Assembly: GCA_951804945.1 (NCBI GenBank) | Contig: OX638149.1 | Location: forward strand, 27,776,001-27,840,000 | Direction of reading: 5' to 3' | DNA length: 64,000 nt | Origin: Podarcis cretensis | Lineage: Eukaryota | Shown here: positions 1 through 11,324 of the stretch, piece by piece | How positions within the stretch are numbered: the first letter of the stretch is position 1 | Layout: each line of letters begins with the position of its first letter | Program-made: the position numbers and the translations under genes | The notes under the pieces: model-generated | The model's database searches: none | What the model saw: only the letters and a program-made list of their open reading frames with translations | Told to the model about the DNA's origin: nothing

Positions 1-67
1 CATAGTCAAAACAAAATAAAAAAATTCCTTCCAGTAGCACCTTAAAGACCAACTAAGTTAGTTCTTG

Positions 68-105
68 GTATGAGCTTTCGTGTGCATGCACACTTCATCA
101 GATAC
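68..105 (-). ncRNA. Minimal type I hammerhead ribozyme motif (mirror copy)
   Basis: Exact reverse complement of 118-155. Confidence 0.8.
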
Positions 106-117
106 CCTGACGAATAA

Positions 118-155
118 GTATCTGATGAAGTGTGCATGCACACGAAAGCTCATAC
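118..155 (+). ncRNA. Minimal type I hammerhead ribozyme motif
   Basis: gtat-CTGATGA-a-[gtgtg catg cacac]-GAA-AGCT-C-atac: stem I gtat/atac, intact core, stem II hairpin, palindromic AGCT mini stem III, predicted cut after C151. Confidence 0.8.
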
Positions 156-239
156 CAAGAACTAACTTAGTTGGTCTTTAAGGTGCTACTGGAAGGAATT
201 TTTTTATTTTGTTTTGACTCTGGAATGTTATTCCGGTAC

Positions 240-403
240 TTTACCAGAGAATTCTGGGAAGTGTAGTTTATTAAGGATGCTGACCCCACAGACCTACAGT
301 TCCCAGCACTTTTAATAAACTACACTTTCCGGGATTCTTTGGGGGAAGTCATGACCCTTAAAGTGGTATAAGGGTGATTTAAATGTGTTGCATGGATATG
401 GCC
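240..403. mobile_element. Old internally palindromic non-autonomous DNA transposon remnant (relatives at about 42560-42840 and 51170-51740)
   Basis: ctgggaagtgtagtttattaag...ttaataaactacactttcc internal inverted repeat; similar sequence elsewhere in the window. Confidence 0.5.
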
Positions 404-446
404 TTAGACGTGGAGGTAGTAATGGGGTTCTGAGTATCAGCTGCTA

Positions 447-810
447 AAAGGTAAAGGTAAAGGTACCCCTGCCCGTACGGGCCAGTCTTGACAGACTCTG
501 GGGTTGTGCGCGCATCTCACTTAAGAGGCCAGGGGCCAGCGCTGTCCGGAGACACTTCCGGGTCACGTGGCCAGCGTGACAAAGCTGCTCTGGCGAGCCA
601 GAGCCGCACACGGAAACGCCGTTTACCTTCCCGCTGGTAAGCGGTCCCTATTTATCTACTTGCACCCGGAGGTGCTTTCGAACTGCTAGGTTGGCAGGTG
701 CTGGGACCGAGCAGCGGGAGCGCACCCCGCCGCAGGGATTCGAACCGCCGACCTTTCGATCGGCAAGCCCTAGGCACTGAGGCTTTAACCCACAGCGCCA
801 CCTGCGTCCC
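447..810 (-). mobile_element. Full-length Sauria SINE, young
   Basis: Minus strand starts GGGACGCAGGTGGCGCTGTGG, B box GGTTCGAATCC, (ACCTTT)n tail; TSD agctgcta at 439-446 and 812-819. Confidence 0.93.
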
Positions 811-829
811 TAGCTGCTAGAAACCACAA

Positions 830-968
830 AAGAGGAGATTGCTCTTGTATGTGGTCCTCTTGAATGCTTCTGGCAGGCATCTGGGTAGCCTCTGTGAGAA
901 TAGGATGCTGGACTTAGATGGGCCATTGCCCTGAATAAGCAGGGTCTTCTGGTTTTCTTACGTTCTTA
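830..968 (+). mobile_element. Old CR1-type 3' UTR fragment (TTCTTATG-type tail)
   Basis: tgtgagaataggatgctggac..gatgggccattg block shared with 40750-41140, where it follows CR1 ORF2. Further fragments at about 10752-10940, 13090-13168, 25720-25812, 26521-26710, 28855-28935 and 55700-55857. Confidence 0.65.
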
Positions 969-1429
969 AGTTACTTTGGCAATTAAGTGGTATATAAGTG
1001 AAAATAAGACACAGAGGTAACCACTGGCAATAAAAGTTGCAGAGCGTGCTGGCTGCAGTCTCCTGCAATCTTGTGGGCTTTCCTATTCTCATTGCTGCAG
1101 CACAGATAATTCCCACCACTACGACCAGATTTTAAGATGTGCTGTGAAGTGTAGGTGGTTTCGAGCAAGACCCAAGACTGAGATTCAGCTCAAAACGGAT
1201 TTATTGGAACATGAGGAACAAGAATGACAAACAGGGACACTTGGCCCAATATATATATACCTTATATATAATCAGCCTGATCCCCTCCTCTTCTTTCCTT
1301 TTCCTTCTGTGATGGAACCCCTATTTGGGGACTTCCCTGGCTTTTTTCTGGCCCATGTAGGACCAGTCTGGATAGTTGGCCTTGGTGAAGATCTGACATT
1401 TTCTCCCCCCAAGCAGTTTTTGATCTGGG

Positions 1430-1542
1430 CTTCCACTAAAACGAGGCTGCATTTTAAGTTGTATTTTAATCAATTGTTTTTATACCTGATGTTAGTCACC
1501 CTGAGCCCAGTCTTAGCTGGGGAGGGTGGGGTATAATTAAAA

Positions 1543-1590
<48 letters not shown>
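1430..1590 (+). mobile_element. L2-type LINE 3' end with (TTA)n tail
   Basis: gttagtcaccctgagccc..gggagggtggggtataa followed by (TTA)n at about 1547-1590. Confidence 0.55.
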
Positions 1591-1592
<2 letters not shown>

Positions 1593-2235
1593 GCCAGCCC
1601 AGGCAAAAACACACACACTGCCTGTGATAGCTCACCTTAATGCTGCAATTAGCGAATCACAACACTGGCCTTATCTCAGCAGGGATTGGCAGCCTGTCAG
1701 CTACTAGCAATGTAACTGGAGGGTTTTAGAATCCTCTCTGTCTTTTGTTATGCAGATGAAGCTCCTGAGCTTCAGGAGGCCTGAAGGCCTAGGTCTGCAT
1801 TGCATGTATATAGCCTGACTTCAGCCTGCAATGCATAACAGGCTGCTCTTCTGCCTAAGACATTAAAGAGTGGTTCCATTTACAACGATTAAGATAGTTG
1901 CAATTTCCTTTGTGCTGCAGACTGCAAATCAGATGAAGGAGAAGAGATTCTTTTGGGGTGGGCAAACCTATGAATATGCCTATTGGCCTTCTGTATAAGG
2001 AGAAGTTATTGGTATTGCAGGCTTGGAGGGAGGCAAGACCTTTCAGCCATCAAAATCTAAATCCTACCAATTTGAGTTTTATATCTATGCACACAAATTT
2101 GCATTCCCTCTTTTTCTGGAGTGGGGGGTTCAGTTTCCTATTTTTTTAGTGAACATATTTTTGTTAAATATATAGAAACCAAAGCAAAGCCCGACTTTAG
2201 TCAGCATCCTATTCTCAGCAGTGGCCCATCTAGAT

Positions 2236-2371
2236 CAGGCATAGGCAAACTCGGCACTCCAGATGTTTTGGGACTACAACTCCCATCATCCCTGACCACT
2301 GGTCCTATTAGCTAGGGATGATGGGAGTTGTAGTCCGAAAACATCTGGAGGGCCGAGTTTGCCTTTGCCTG
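2236..2371. mobile_element. Palindromic hAT (Charlie-type) MITE
   Basis: TIRs caggcataggcaaactcggc / gccgagtttgcctttgcctg, near-complete hairpin; flanks atctagat / gtctagac (NTCTAGAN target). Confidence 0.85.
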
Positions 2372-3740
2372 GTCTAGACGGCTGTAGGAAGCATGAAAGC
2401 AGGGACCACTTGCAGTGTATCCCAGCATACTGCCTCCGACTGTGGAGGTAAAATGGCAAACTAGGTTTTATTGAAGTCAACTTGTCATGCATCAGGGTTT
2501 GAATCTTATTTGGACTGGTAGGGCCATTTCAGTGGAAGCTGGTGAATTCCTTCTCATCCAACATGCCCCCCAAGTCAAAGAAGAATGGACTTAAAGGGGG
2601 CATAGATTGCTTGCTACACCCTGAGCTACCTGTCACAGCTGCCAAGTTTTAATCAGCTTTTCCTCCTCCCTCGCTAGCTCTACGCTGCACACATAGCATT
2701 GACTTTCTGGTTTTTCTTTGACAGAATCAATTTGTCTTTAATGCTTGCACGACAGAAATTAAACAGGTGCAACTTTCTGCACTGTGTTTCCTGAACAGGA
2801 AATTCTGCATGAAATACATTCCTGTGCATCATGAAGTCACTAATGGCACAGAGCCTATGTCTCGAGTTGGGGGAAGTGAAGTAGCAACTATGCTATCTCT
2901 CGGGGAATTCCCACTGCTTCACGGCTTGCTCTGCAGGAGGCATCCGACTCTTGTCAGACTTTGCAGAGCAGTTCACAGGAAGGCAGATGCAGAAACTGAA
3001 AGATGCTGTGTATTGTTAAAGTGATCACCAAACAATGCATTCATGGGTCTGTACCTAGATCAGGACGCTTCCTCGTGCTCTAGTCAGGTGGGGCCTCATC
3101 CACCCAATATATGATATGACTCACATCTTCTTGTATGACTCACAGCCATGAGTTTTATTCCAGTCCTCATTGATCCCTGGGTTTATTCCAGAGAACTTTA
3201 ATAAGTGACCCCATACACAAAGCCCTGAGCAATAAATAAATAAAATGTCCTGAATATTCCAAGCTTTCTTGTGAATAGTGTTATTAAAGGACATGATTTT
3301 GGAACTGGCAAGCCAGTTTTGCCAGCCACCTTCATTGCTAGAGATATTAATAGTGTTAAGAAAGTGATGTTCTCCAGGAAGAGATCACGAGAGAAACAAT
3401 GATCTTCCCTATTGAAAGAATGACTTTTGTACGCCCATGGGTGAGTCACAATGAGGGACCTACAATATAAAATTAATATAGTGTATTTTAATTGCCGTGG
3501 TTGTGTCGTTTACTAGATATAAGAGGTGGATATGAACTTTTCCTGTGGAATCATCTGATGGTTCCTCCTTCACGTCATGCTCCCAGACAGTCAGTGACCA
3601 CATGATTAGCATGATGACATTATGTAACTATGATGTACATGGGAGACACTATGGGGAGATGCACTGTCACTCCCTTGACCTTTATTTTGTTTTGTCGCTT
3701 AAAGAATGTTATGTTTAAGAATATACTCCTCCCTCTGCAT

Positions 3741-3938
3741 GGGAAGGGCTGCATCTCAGGGGCAGAACATCTGCTTGGCATTCAGAAGGTCCCAGCATGA
3801 ATCCTCGGCATCTCCAAGTACGGCTGGGAGAAAACCCTGTCTGAAACCCAGGAGACCTGCTGCCAGTCGGTTTAGACAATACTTAGCTAGAGAGACCAAT
3901 GAGTCTGACTCAGTATAGAGCAGCTTCCTAGCTTCCTA
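3741..3938 (+). mobile_element. Older tRNA-headed SINE (Squam2-like)
   Basis: Degenerate A/B boxes, body ctgctgccagtc..gacaatact..gctag, tail gcagcttccta. Relatives at about 5625-5730(-), 23530-23697(-), 28256-28380(+), 28995-29100(-) and 48650-48760(-). Confidence 0.65.
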
Positions 3939-4006
3939 CTCCACAGGTCACTGTCATCTGGGCTTAACCCCATGATTTCCATAAACCTTGCCTTCCAAGT
4001 GGATAA

Positions 4007-4123
4007 GGGACGCAGCTGGCGCTGTGGTCTAAACTACTGAGCCCCTCAGGCTTGCCGATCAGAAGGTCAGTGGTTCGAATTGACTTAACCATCCAGAGGT
4101 CCTTTACCTTTTTTTACCTTTTA
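4007..4123 (+). mobile_element. Internally deleted mini Sauria SINE
   Basis: tRNA-like head to GGTTCGAAT joined directly to the gacttaaccatccagaggtcc(tttacc)n tail; TSD caagtg(g/a)ataag at 3996-4007 and 4124-4135. Confidence 0.85.
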
Positions 4124-5740
4124 CAAGTGAATAAGATGGACCTAAGTTGACTAGACAGCTAATACAATACCTAGTTGAGCAGTGAAATTCAATGTCCCCT
4201 TTCATATTTTAAGGGTACTGAAAGCCCATCTTAAATAGCCTAAAATTTGAATTTTGGGGTTGGATGGATGAAGGGATGAAATTCATTTTAAAAAGCAAAC
4301 ACCCAAATGAAATATGTATTCAAATACGCAACTGGACGTGAAGTTTTGCGTGAATGTTTAAAATAAAACAAAAATGCAGATTACAAATGCAGAAACAGGA
4401 CACAATGGATTTGCTTATTTATTTATTTAGAATATTTTCAGCCTACCCTTCATTGTAGTACAATGTCATTGGAATATATTCTATTGTCTTTGGAAGCAAT
4501 ACAATCTTAAGAGCAGGTTGAAACTTCAGAAGGTATTTCTAAGATAAAGAAAACATTGTTGAACATGCATAATGCTGGTGATTCTAAAGACATCATGCAA
4601 AGCCATGAAATTATATATTTGGAATAGGGCAATTATGAGAAGCAGTCCTTGATACTGAAAATCTGTGTTAACATCAACATATTAATTTTGAGTACACACA
4701 AGGTACTTGAAAAAAGCGACAGCTTGTAATTTCTTTAATAAATACAGAGCCACGTTCAATTCCTCTCATTACAATTCTTTGCTATGGATAATCCATGCAA
4801 AGCAATGGGTCAAGTTTACACTCATGGATCTCTTATGAATGAATGAGAACTAAGTTGTGAAATAAAGCTTGAAGCAAGTTCTGCACCAGGCAGGAAACGC
4901 TGGGATTGCAAGATGGTTCCATGGGAAAGAAATTCACATTATACTTCAAGCAAGAGACAAGCCAGTCTCTACCTTGTGAATTAACCAACTTTGTGTAGAA
5001 AGATTCCAGGCTGGGACAAACCAAGCCTGAATGCAGCGAGAAGCCATATAATATTATTAGCTTTCTTATTTTGACAATGGCTTAGTTCAACCATGTGAGG
5101 CAATGATGTCTGACCATGCTGACAGGTGCTGTGATTCATGTAAAAACTGTGGGTTAAACAAAAAAAATTGGGCCAGCACATTGATGCACTAGAGTGGCTG
5201 CTCAGTAGATTTCAGCACTTCATTTCCCTCCTCTCTCCTTCACCGGTATATTACTCAAAGCTGGTCGTCCCCCCCACCTTGGACAAAGGGACTGTTGTCT
5301 AGATTTTATGAGAAGCATGAATGCCAGTGACTAAGATCCAGCGCTGCCTCCAAATTCATGGATGCCCAAAGAAAGTGCCATCCATGGGTCACCAACCGCC
5401 ACTGGTGTGGGCCCCTCACCTACTGGGCTTACTGGCAGCAGCACCACAGTATTCAGCAACAATGCTACTGAGGGTAGCATCTATGTGCCAGTCAGCATTT
5501 TGACATTCCCACAATGCCCCCAACATAATGGCATTGTGGTGGGAGTCAAAATGGGACCTTTCTAACCACTCACCAGTGCCTCTCAGGAAACCAGGTTAAG
5601 AGACACAAACGCCAGCTCCATTTTGAATGCCCGGTCCATCCAGCTCAGCATTGTCTACAATGACTTCCTCAGACCTACCTGAAAATGCCAGGAGCCGGTC
5701 CTGGACCTTTGCCTGCAATGCACAACATACCCTGCTGTGT

Positions 5741-6701
5741 TTTGTTGTTGTTTAGTCGTTTAGTTGTATCCGACTCTTCGTGACCCACATGGGCCAGAGC
5801 ATGCCAGGCACTCCTGTATTCCACTGCCTCCCACAGTTTGGTCAAACTCATGTTCGTAGCTTTGAGAACACTGTCCAACCATCTCGTCCTCTGTCGTCCC
5901 CTTCTCCTTGTGCCCTCCATCTTTCCCAACATCAGGGTCTTTTCCAGGGAATCTTCTCTTCTCGTGAGGTGACCAAAGTACTAGAGCCTCAGCTTCAGGA
6001 TCTGTCCTTCCAGTGAGCACTCAGGGCTGATTTCCTTAAGAATGGATACGTTTGATCTTCTTGCAGTCTATGGGACTCTCAAGAGTCTCCTCCAGCACCA
6101 GAATTCAAAAGCATCAATTCTTCGGTGATCAGCTTTCTTTATGGTCCAGCTCTCACTTCCATACATCACTACTGGGAAAATCATAGCTTTAACTATACGG
6201 ACCTTTGTTGGCAAGGTGATGTCTCTGCTTTTTAAGATGCTGTCTTGGTTTGTCATTGCTTTTCTCCCAAGAAGCAGGCGTCTTTTACTTTCATGACTAC
6301 TGTCACAATCTGCAGTGATCATGGAACCCAAGAAAGTAAAACCTCTCACTGCCTCCATTTCTTCCCCTTCTATTTGCCAGAAGGCGATGGGACCAGTGGC
6401 CATGATTTTAGTTTTTTTGATGTTGAGTTTCAGACCATATTTTGCGCTCTCCTCTTTCACCCTCACTAAAATGTTCTTTAATTCCTCCTCACTTTCTGCC
6501 ATCAAGGTTGTGTCATCTGCATATCTGAGGTTGTTGATATTTCTTCCGGCAATCTTAATTCTGGCTAGGGATTCATCCAGCCCAGCCTTTTGCATGATGA
6601 ATTCTGCACGAAAGGTAAATAAGCAGGGAGACAATATACAGCCTTGTCCTACTCCTTTCCCAATTTAGAACCAATCAGTTGTTCCATGTCCAGTTCTAAC
6701 T
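5741..6701 (-). mobile_element. Bov-B (RTE clade) LINE, 5'-truncated
   Basis: RT ORF 6068-6634 (INNLRYADDTTLMAESEEEL, KLNIKKTKIM), C-terminus MLGKMEGTRRRGRQRTRWLD, (CAA)n tail. Confidence 0.95.
6068..6634 (-). pseudogene. Bov-B reverse transcriptase fragment
   Basis: YADD motif and typical Bov-B residues; premature stop, and the 5' part of the element is absent. Confidence 0.9.
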
Positions 6702-7735
6702 TCTGTATATACATAGGTGTGGAATGGGAGGAAACCAAATGAACCAAGTGAGAAAACCAAAGCGGTTGCGAAGGCATCCTGATAACAGAAGGTGTGCTTT
6801 CATTTTCTATATCATTTGGAAACTAGGGATGCTAAACATCTGCTTGCCTCTCAGGCTTTGTTTCTGTTGGAGACTTTTATTAATTAGTAAATGTTTGCAA
6901 TGTTCTTGGGAGGTGTTAACTATTATTCAAAGTAATTTACAGGTGCAATCTGGTGTTTGCTAAAAAGAACTTGCTTGCTGCACAAGCAGGGCTTTGTTTA
7001 CTAATAGCTATCTTCCTGATTCTTTTACAGCTGATAAATGAGGGAAGGGGAAGGAATAGTCTAAAGATTTTTGGCAGGTTGTTGTTTTCCTTAAAATGAA
7101 ACCCACTCATTAGCCCACCACAAGCTGAGAAATAACTCAGGTTAATTAGGACCAAAGCTGATCTTGTTAGAAAGTGTGTTTTGAGCATGTGCAACTGGGA
7201 TTGCTTGACTTGGAGAGCAGTGTTCATGTGGTTGTTTCAGTTATAGCATGGTTCAACTTGGCTCAGTTCTGGCTTAGTTCAAGGGAGCCTCCAGCATGAA
7301 ACTAATTGACTGCCATTTATCAAGAAAGTTACATGAGGCACTTCAGTCTACACAGGGACAGTGGTTTCTTTCCCTACTACAGATGTTAATGAAAGCAATC
7401 AACTTGTGAATGGTAACATTTTTGAATTAAGGTGCCTTGACTCATTTTTCCTTCCTACCTGAAGATTTTTAGCAAAATGCTTGGCAAAAGAAGATACACT
7501 CAGTCTCCTTTTCAGCTGCATCCAATGGGACATGTCTCACAGCATACACAAGACTTAAAAAATGAACTTTAGATGCTTGGGATTTGCTTTGGATTCCCAA
7601 TCTGTGGCTAGATTAGGCTCATGTGAGCCCAATAGAGCCGCTAACCCCCCACCCCCAAGAAGGGATAGGCAAGAGTTGGAGAAGCAGGATGACACCAATG
7701 CCGTAAGAGGACTTGTTGCTCAAATTTGCCTATGA

Positions 7736-8316
7736 TGGAGAAAGGACATCTCTAAACTTACCAAAAGCATGGCAGAAATCACAACAGCAGCTAATGAAGC
7801 TGTGGACCTCATCTTAAAAGAAAAAACCTCTGTAAAAATGCTAAAGCATTCCCAAGCTGAATTTAAACTGCATCTTGAAGACATGCAGAACCATCATCAT
7901 GATCTGAGCATATGTGCATGAAGGATCCCTGACCACTAAAAGATATTGAATACAATGGTACCTCGGGTTACAAACACCTTGGGTTACAAACACTTCAGTT
8001 TACAAACTCCACTAACCTGGAAGTAGTACCTTGGGTTGAGAACTTTACCTCTGGTTGAGAATGCAAATCATGCACTAATGGCATGGCAGCAGCAGGAGGC
8101 CCCATTAGCAAAAGTGTACCTCAGGTTAAGAACAGTTTCAGGTTAAGATCTTAACCTGAGGTACCACTGTATGCAGAATCCTTAGCCAGCATTTTTTCAA
8201 GATCTCTGACTTGACACCCTCCACAGCGGACAGGATTTCTACCTATATACCTCTGGGCCTCAGAAAGCAGTCATACAGCACAAATGGGGCTACCCGCTCA
8301 AACTGGTCATAAACTG
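7736..8316 (+). pseudogene. Decayed LINE-1 ORF1p fossil interrupted by a MITE
   Basis: Frame from 7742: KDISKLTKSMAEITTAANEAVDLILKEKTSVKMLKHSQAEFKLHLEDMQNHHHDLSICA*RIPD. From 8192: FFQDL*LDTLHSGQDFYLYTSGPQKAVIQHKWGYPLKLVI. These match ORF1p motifs LEDxENRxRRxNxRxxGIPE, FQDLS and RWGYPxKL. Confidence 0.7.
7953..8169. mobile_element. Tc1/mariner-type MITE
   Basis: TIRs caatggtacctcgggtta / taacctgaggtaccactg, TA on both sides; opposite orientation to the 11077 copy. Confidence 0.88.
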
Positions 8317-9379
8317 GTCATTAACCAAATGGTGCAACAAAATATTCTGGGCCACTGCTGAGAAGGCCCTCGGCCTGGTTCCCTGTAAGTTCCCTTCTCT
8401 CAGTGAGGGAACCACTAGCAGAACCTTGGAGGAGAACCTCAGTCATGCTAAGCATGACTTTCCATGCTCCAAAAGGGGCAGAAGGGGTGAGTTTGATGTC
8501 ATTCTCTGGAATTGTTTTCTACTTGTTTGTAACCAGTGGGTTTACAACATGGCACCCTTGTTTAAGGTGGCCATCAGTAGATGTTAGAGATATTAGTTCT
8601 TTGGTGGAAGTTTAGTTTGGACAAGGGAGAGGGAGGGAGGGAGAATGTTGGCGTGTTCAGAGTACATATTCTTAGCAATCATTTCACAAAAGGGAGAGTG
8701 CTATATATATATATAAAATTCCTCACTACAAGATATTTCAATCTGGAGGTAAAATTCTAATTCTAATTCCAATTGAGAATTGGCATTAAAGCCCAATAAT
8801 TTCAAAGTATACATGATCTTGAACGCTGCATATTAGAGTGATAACTTTATTCAAAAAATCCACATATTTAATAGATTTGCAGATGAAGGGTGGCATACAA
8901 ATTTAATAAATAACAACAATAAAAAAATCTAATAATAAAAAGGATCATGGAGTCCCTGGTGTCATTTATGGGTGAAACCTTCATATTGTGTCAAGTGGTG
9001 TTCTTTTGTGTGACTGGAAGTGACATTCTGTATCCTTCCCAGTACACTGCATGGAGGAGTTGTTTGGTTGCAACTTGCCATTGTTTCTGTGCCTAATGTA
9101 TTAATAGTTTGTTTTAAAAGAGGATGTGTGTGACTAATCCATTAAGGGCAGCAGTGCACTGTGGAATTAGAGTATATTAGCACAAGGGAAGGACAAGGAC
9201 AATTAAATGAGTGTGTCACGAAGTATGGTTCACATGTGCCAGCAGTATAGTAGATGCTTGTTAAAAATAGAGAGAGTCTCATAGCATAATTCGGAGATAG
9301 AATGAAGAAATGCATACTTCATGGAGTTTTTTAGCAGGTTTCCCCTACTGCTGTGTTTTCAAACCATGGTAAATCATTT

Positions 9380-9744
9380 AAGGTAACAAGGTAAAGGACC
9401 CTTGGATGGTTAAGTCCAGTCAAAGGTAATTATGGGTTTGCGGCACTCATCTCACTTTCAGGCCGAGGGAGCCGGCATTTGTCCACAGACAGCTTTCCAG
9501 GTCATGTGCCCAGCATGACTAAGCCACTTCTGGCGAACCAGAGCAGCACACGGAAACACCATTTACCTTCCCGCCAGAGCGGTACCTATTTATCTACTTG
9601 CACTGGTATGCTTTTGAACTGCTAGGTTGGCAGGAGCTGGGGCTGAGTGACAGAAGCTCATCCCGTCATGGGGATTCAAACTGCTGACCTTCTGATAGGT
9701 AAACCCAAGAGGCTCAATGGTTTAGACCACAGCACCACCCATGT
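9380..9744 (-). mobile_element. Sauria SINE, older diverged copy
   Basis: Conserved core cctatttatctacttgca..gaactgctaggttggcagg; aaggta tail at the left end. Confidence 0.9.
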
Positions 9745-9779
9745 TATTCATCAAAAATATTTTAAAAATAAATAAATTG

Positions 9780-9853
9780 AGTAGCACCTTTGAGACCAAC
9801 TAAGTTTGTTCTTGGTATAAGCTTTTGTATGCATGCACACTTCTTCAGATACC
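9780..9853 (-). mobile_element. Penelope-like terminal fragment with mutated hammerhead (9814-9853)
   Basis: Homologous to 33-105; minus strand ggtat-CTGAAGA-agtgtgcatgcatac-AAAA-gctt-atacc (GAAA changed to AAAA). Confidence 0.8.
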
Positions 9854-11076
9854 AATTTATCAAAATTGTTATTATTTATAAAAATTGAGTAGACTTAAGT
9901 CTGCTTGATTTCACTGGAAGAAAGTTGAAGGACATGGCTATCTCTTCCAATGAAATCAGTGAGATTTTAAAGTGGCTGGATGCCAACTTGGGGGGGGGGG
10001 GGTTATATCACATGCTTGACAGGTATCCAGCCCCTCCCACATGCTAGATTTGGCCCAAGCAGATTCTGATAGGGAACTGGCCTCTGGCGCCTCAAAGCTT
10101 CCCCACCCCTGGTGTAGTGTTTCCAAAAGAGTGCATTAGGTAAGCTCACCATTAAATGTAAACAGAGCTGAATTCCATCCCCATCTCTATGTACTAGGGA
10201 CATAATTTCACCTTATTTTCCTAATCTAGGCAATTTGGACAGCACCTTCCCATAAAAAAACGCAGTTTTGTACATACAGACTTTGCAAGATAACCTTTCT
10301 TAGGTTTAACATTTTCAGCCTTAAATATCTGCCACACTCTGGGTAATGACTCCCAATGTTTACACTGCCTTATTGCTGTAAATTTTATATGCTGACAAGC
10401 AGACCGTCCTCTTGGGAGTACCCTAAGTACAAAATTAAATTTAATCACCTAAGTTTTTTTTATTATCAATTTACATGATTTGCTGTTGCCATTGCTACAT
10501 AGCTTGAAATAATTATACACACCCATCTCTTTTGTCTTTGCTGAACTATTTCATCTCCCCAACCTGTCGTTCAGCTTCTGATTACTTTCATATTGTTTTC
10601 CGCCTCAGACCAAGATTACTATTATAACACAAATTTAGATGCATCACCCCTTTTTTAGCAAAGGAAGAAGCCTATAAGAGTCATTCGTTTTCCTATTTCT
10701 TAAAGAGCTGTTATTCTTTAGCCATTACTTCATATTAATTCCAAATTTCTGTTGAATAAGAATAAGAATAAGAGGAGGCTTCTGGATCAGGCCCATCTAG
10801 GTCAGTATCCTGTTCTCACAGCTGCCAACAGCTATTTGAAGCCTACAGGCAGGACCTGGGTGCAATGGCACTCTCCCCTCTTGTAGTTTCCAGGAACTGG
10901 CACTCAGAAGCATTGCTTACTGCCTTCAGCTATTGAGGTGATTCAGGTAAGTGTCAAATAGTATATACTTTTGTAGATTGTCCCACTCATGATTATGGTG
11001 GTCGTCAGATGTATGATCTTGCTAGATTTGCCATCATCAGCAATATCAAAAGCAATACGATGGCCAGAAACAATTG

Positions 11077-11324
11077 CAGTGGTACCTTGGGTTAAGAACT
11101 TACCGGTAATTCGTTCCAGAGGTCCATTCTTAACCTGAAACTGTTCTTAACCTGAAGCACCACTTTAGCTAATGGGGCCTCCTGCTGCCACTGTGCCGCT
11201 GCTGCACGATTTCTATTCTCACCCTGAAGCAAAGTTCTTAACCCGAGGTACTATTTCTGGGTTAGCGGAGTCTGTAACCTGAAGCATCTGTAACCTGAAG
11301 CGTATGAAACCCAAGGTACCACCG
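11077..11324. mobile_element. Tc1/mariner-type MITE
   Basis: cagtggtaccttgggtt ... aacccaaggtaccaccg followed by TA; internal taacctgaa repeats. Confidence 0.88.

Larger units (their letters stand above)
4..219. mobile_element. Perfect 102-bp inverted repeat (12-nt spacer) made of Penelope-like retroelement terminal (pLTR) sequence
   Basis: 4-105 is the exact reverse complement of 118-219; the spacer 106-117 is cctgacgaataa. The agtagcacctt..gaccaactaagtt..gagctttcgtgtgcatgcacac block recurs at 9780-9853 and resembles reptile Penelope ends. Confidence 0.85.

Noticed and set aside
106-117. Extra CTGACGA in the palindrome spacer as a third hammerhead core
   Set aside because: It has no stem II or GAAA of its own; it may be a junction remnant.
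11077-11324. CRISPR-like array of taacctgaa repeats
   Set aside because: Irregular internal repeats of a eukaryotic MITE, with no spacer structure or cas genes.
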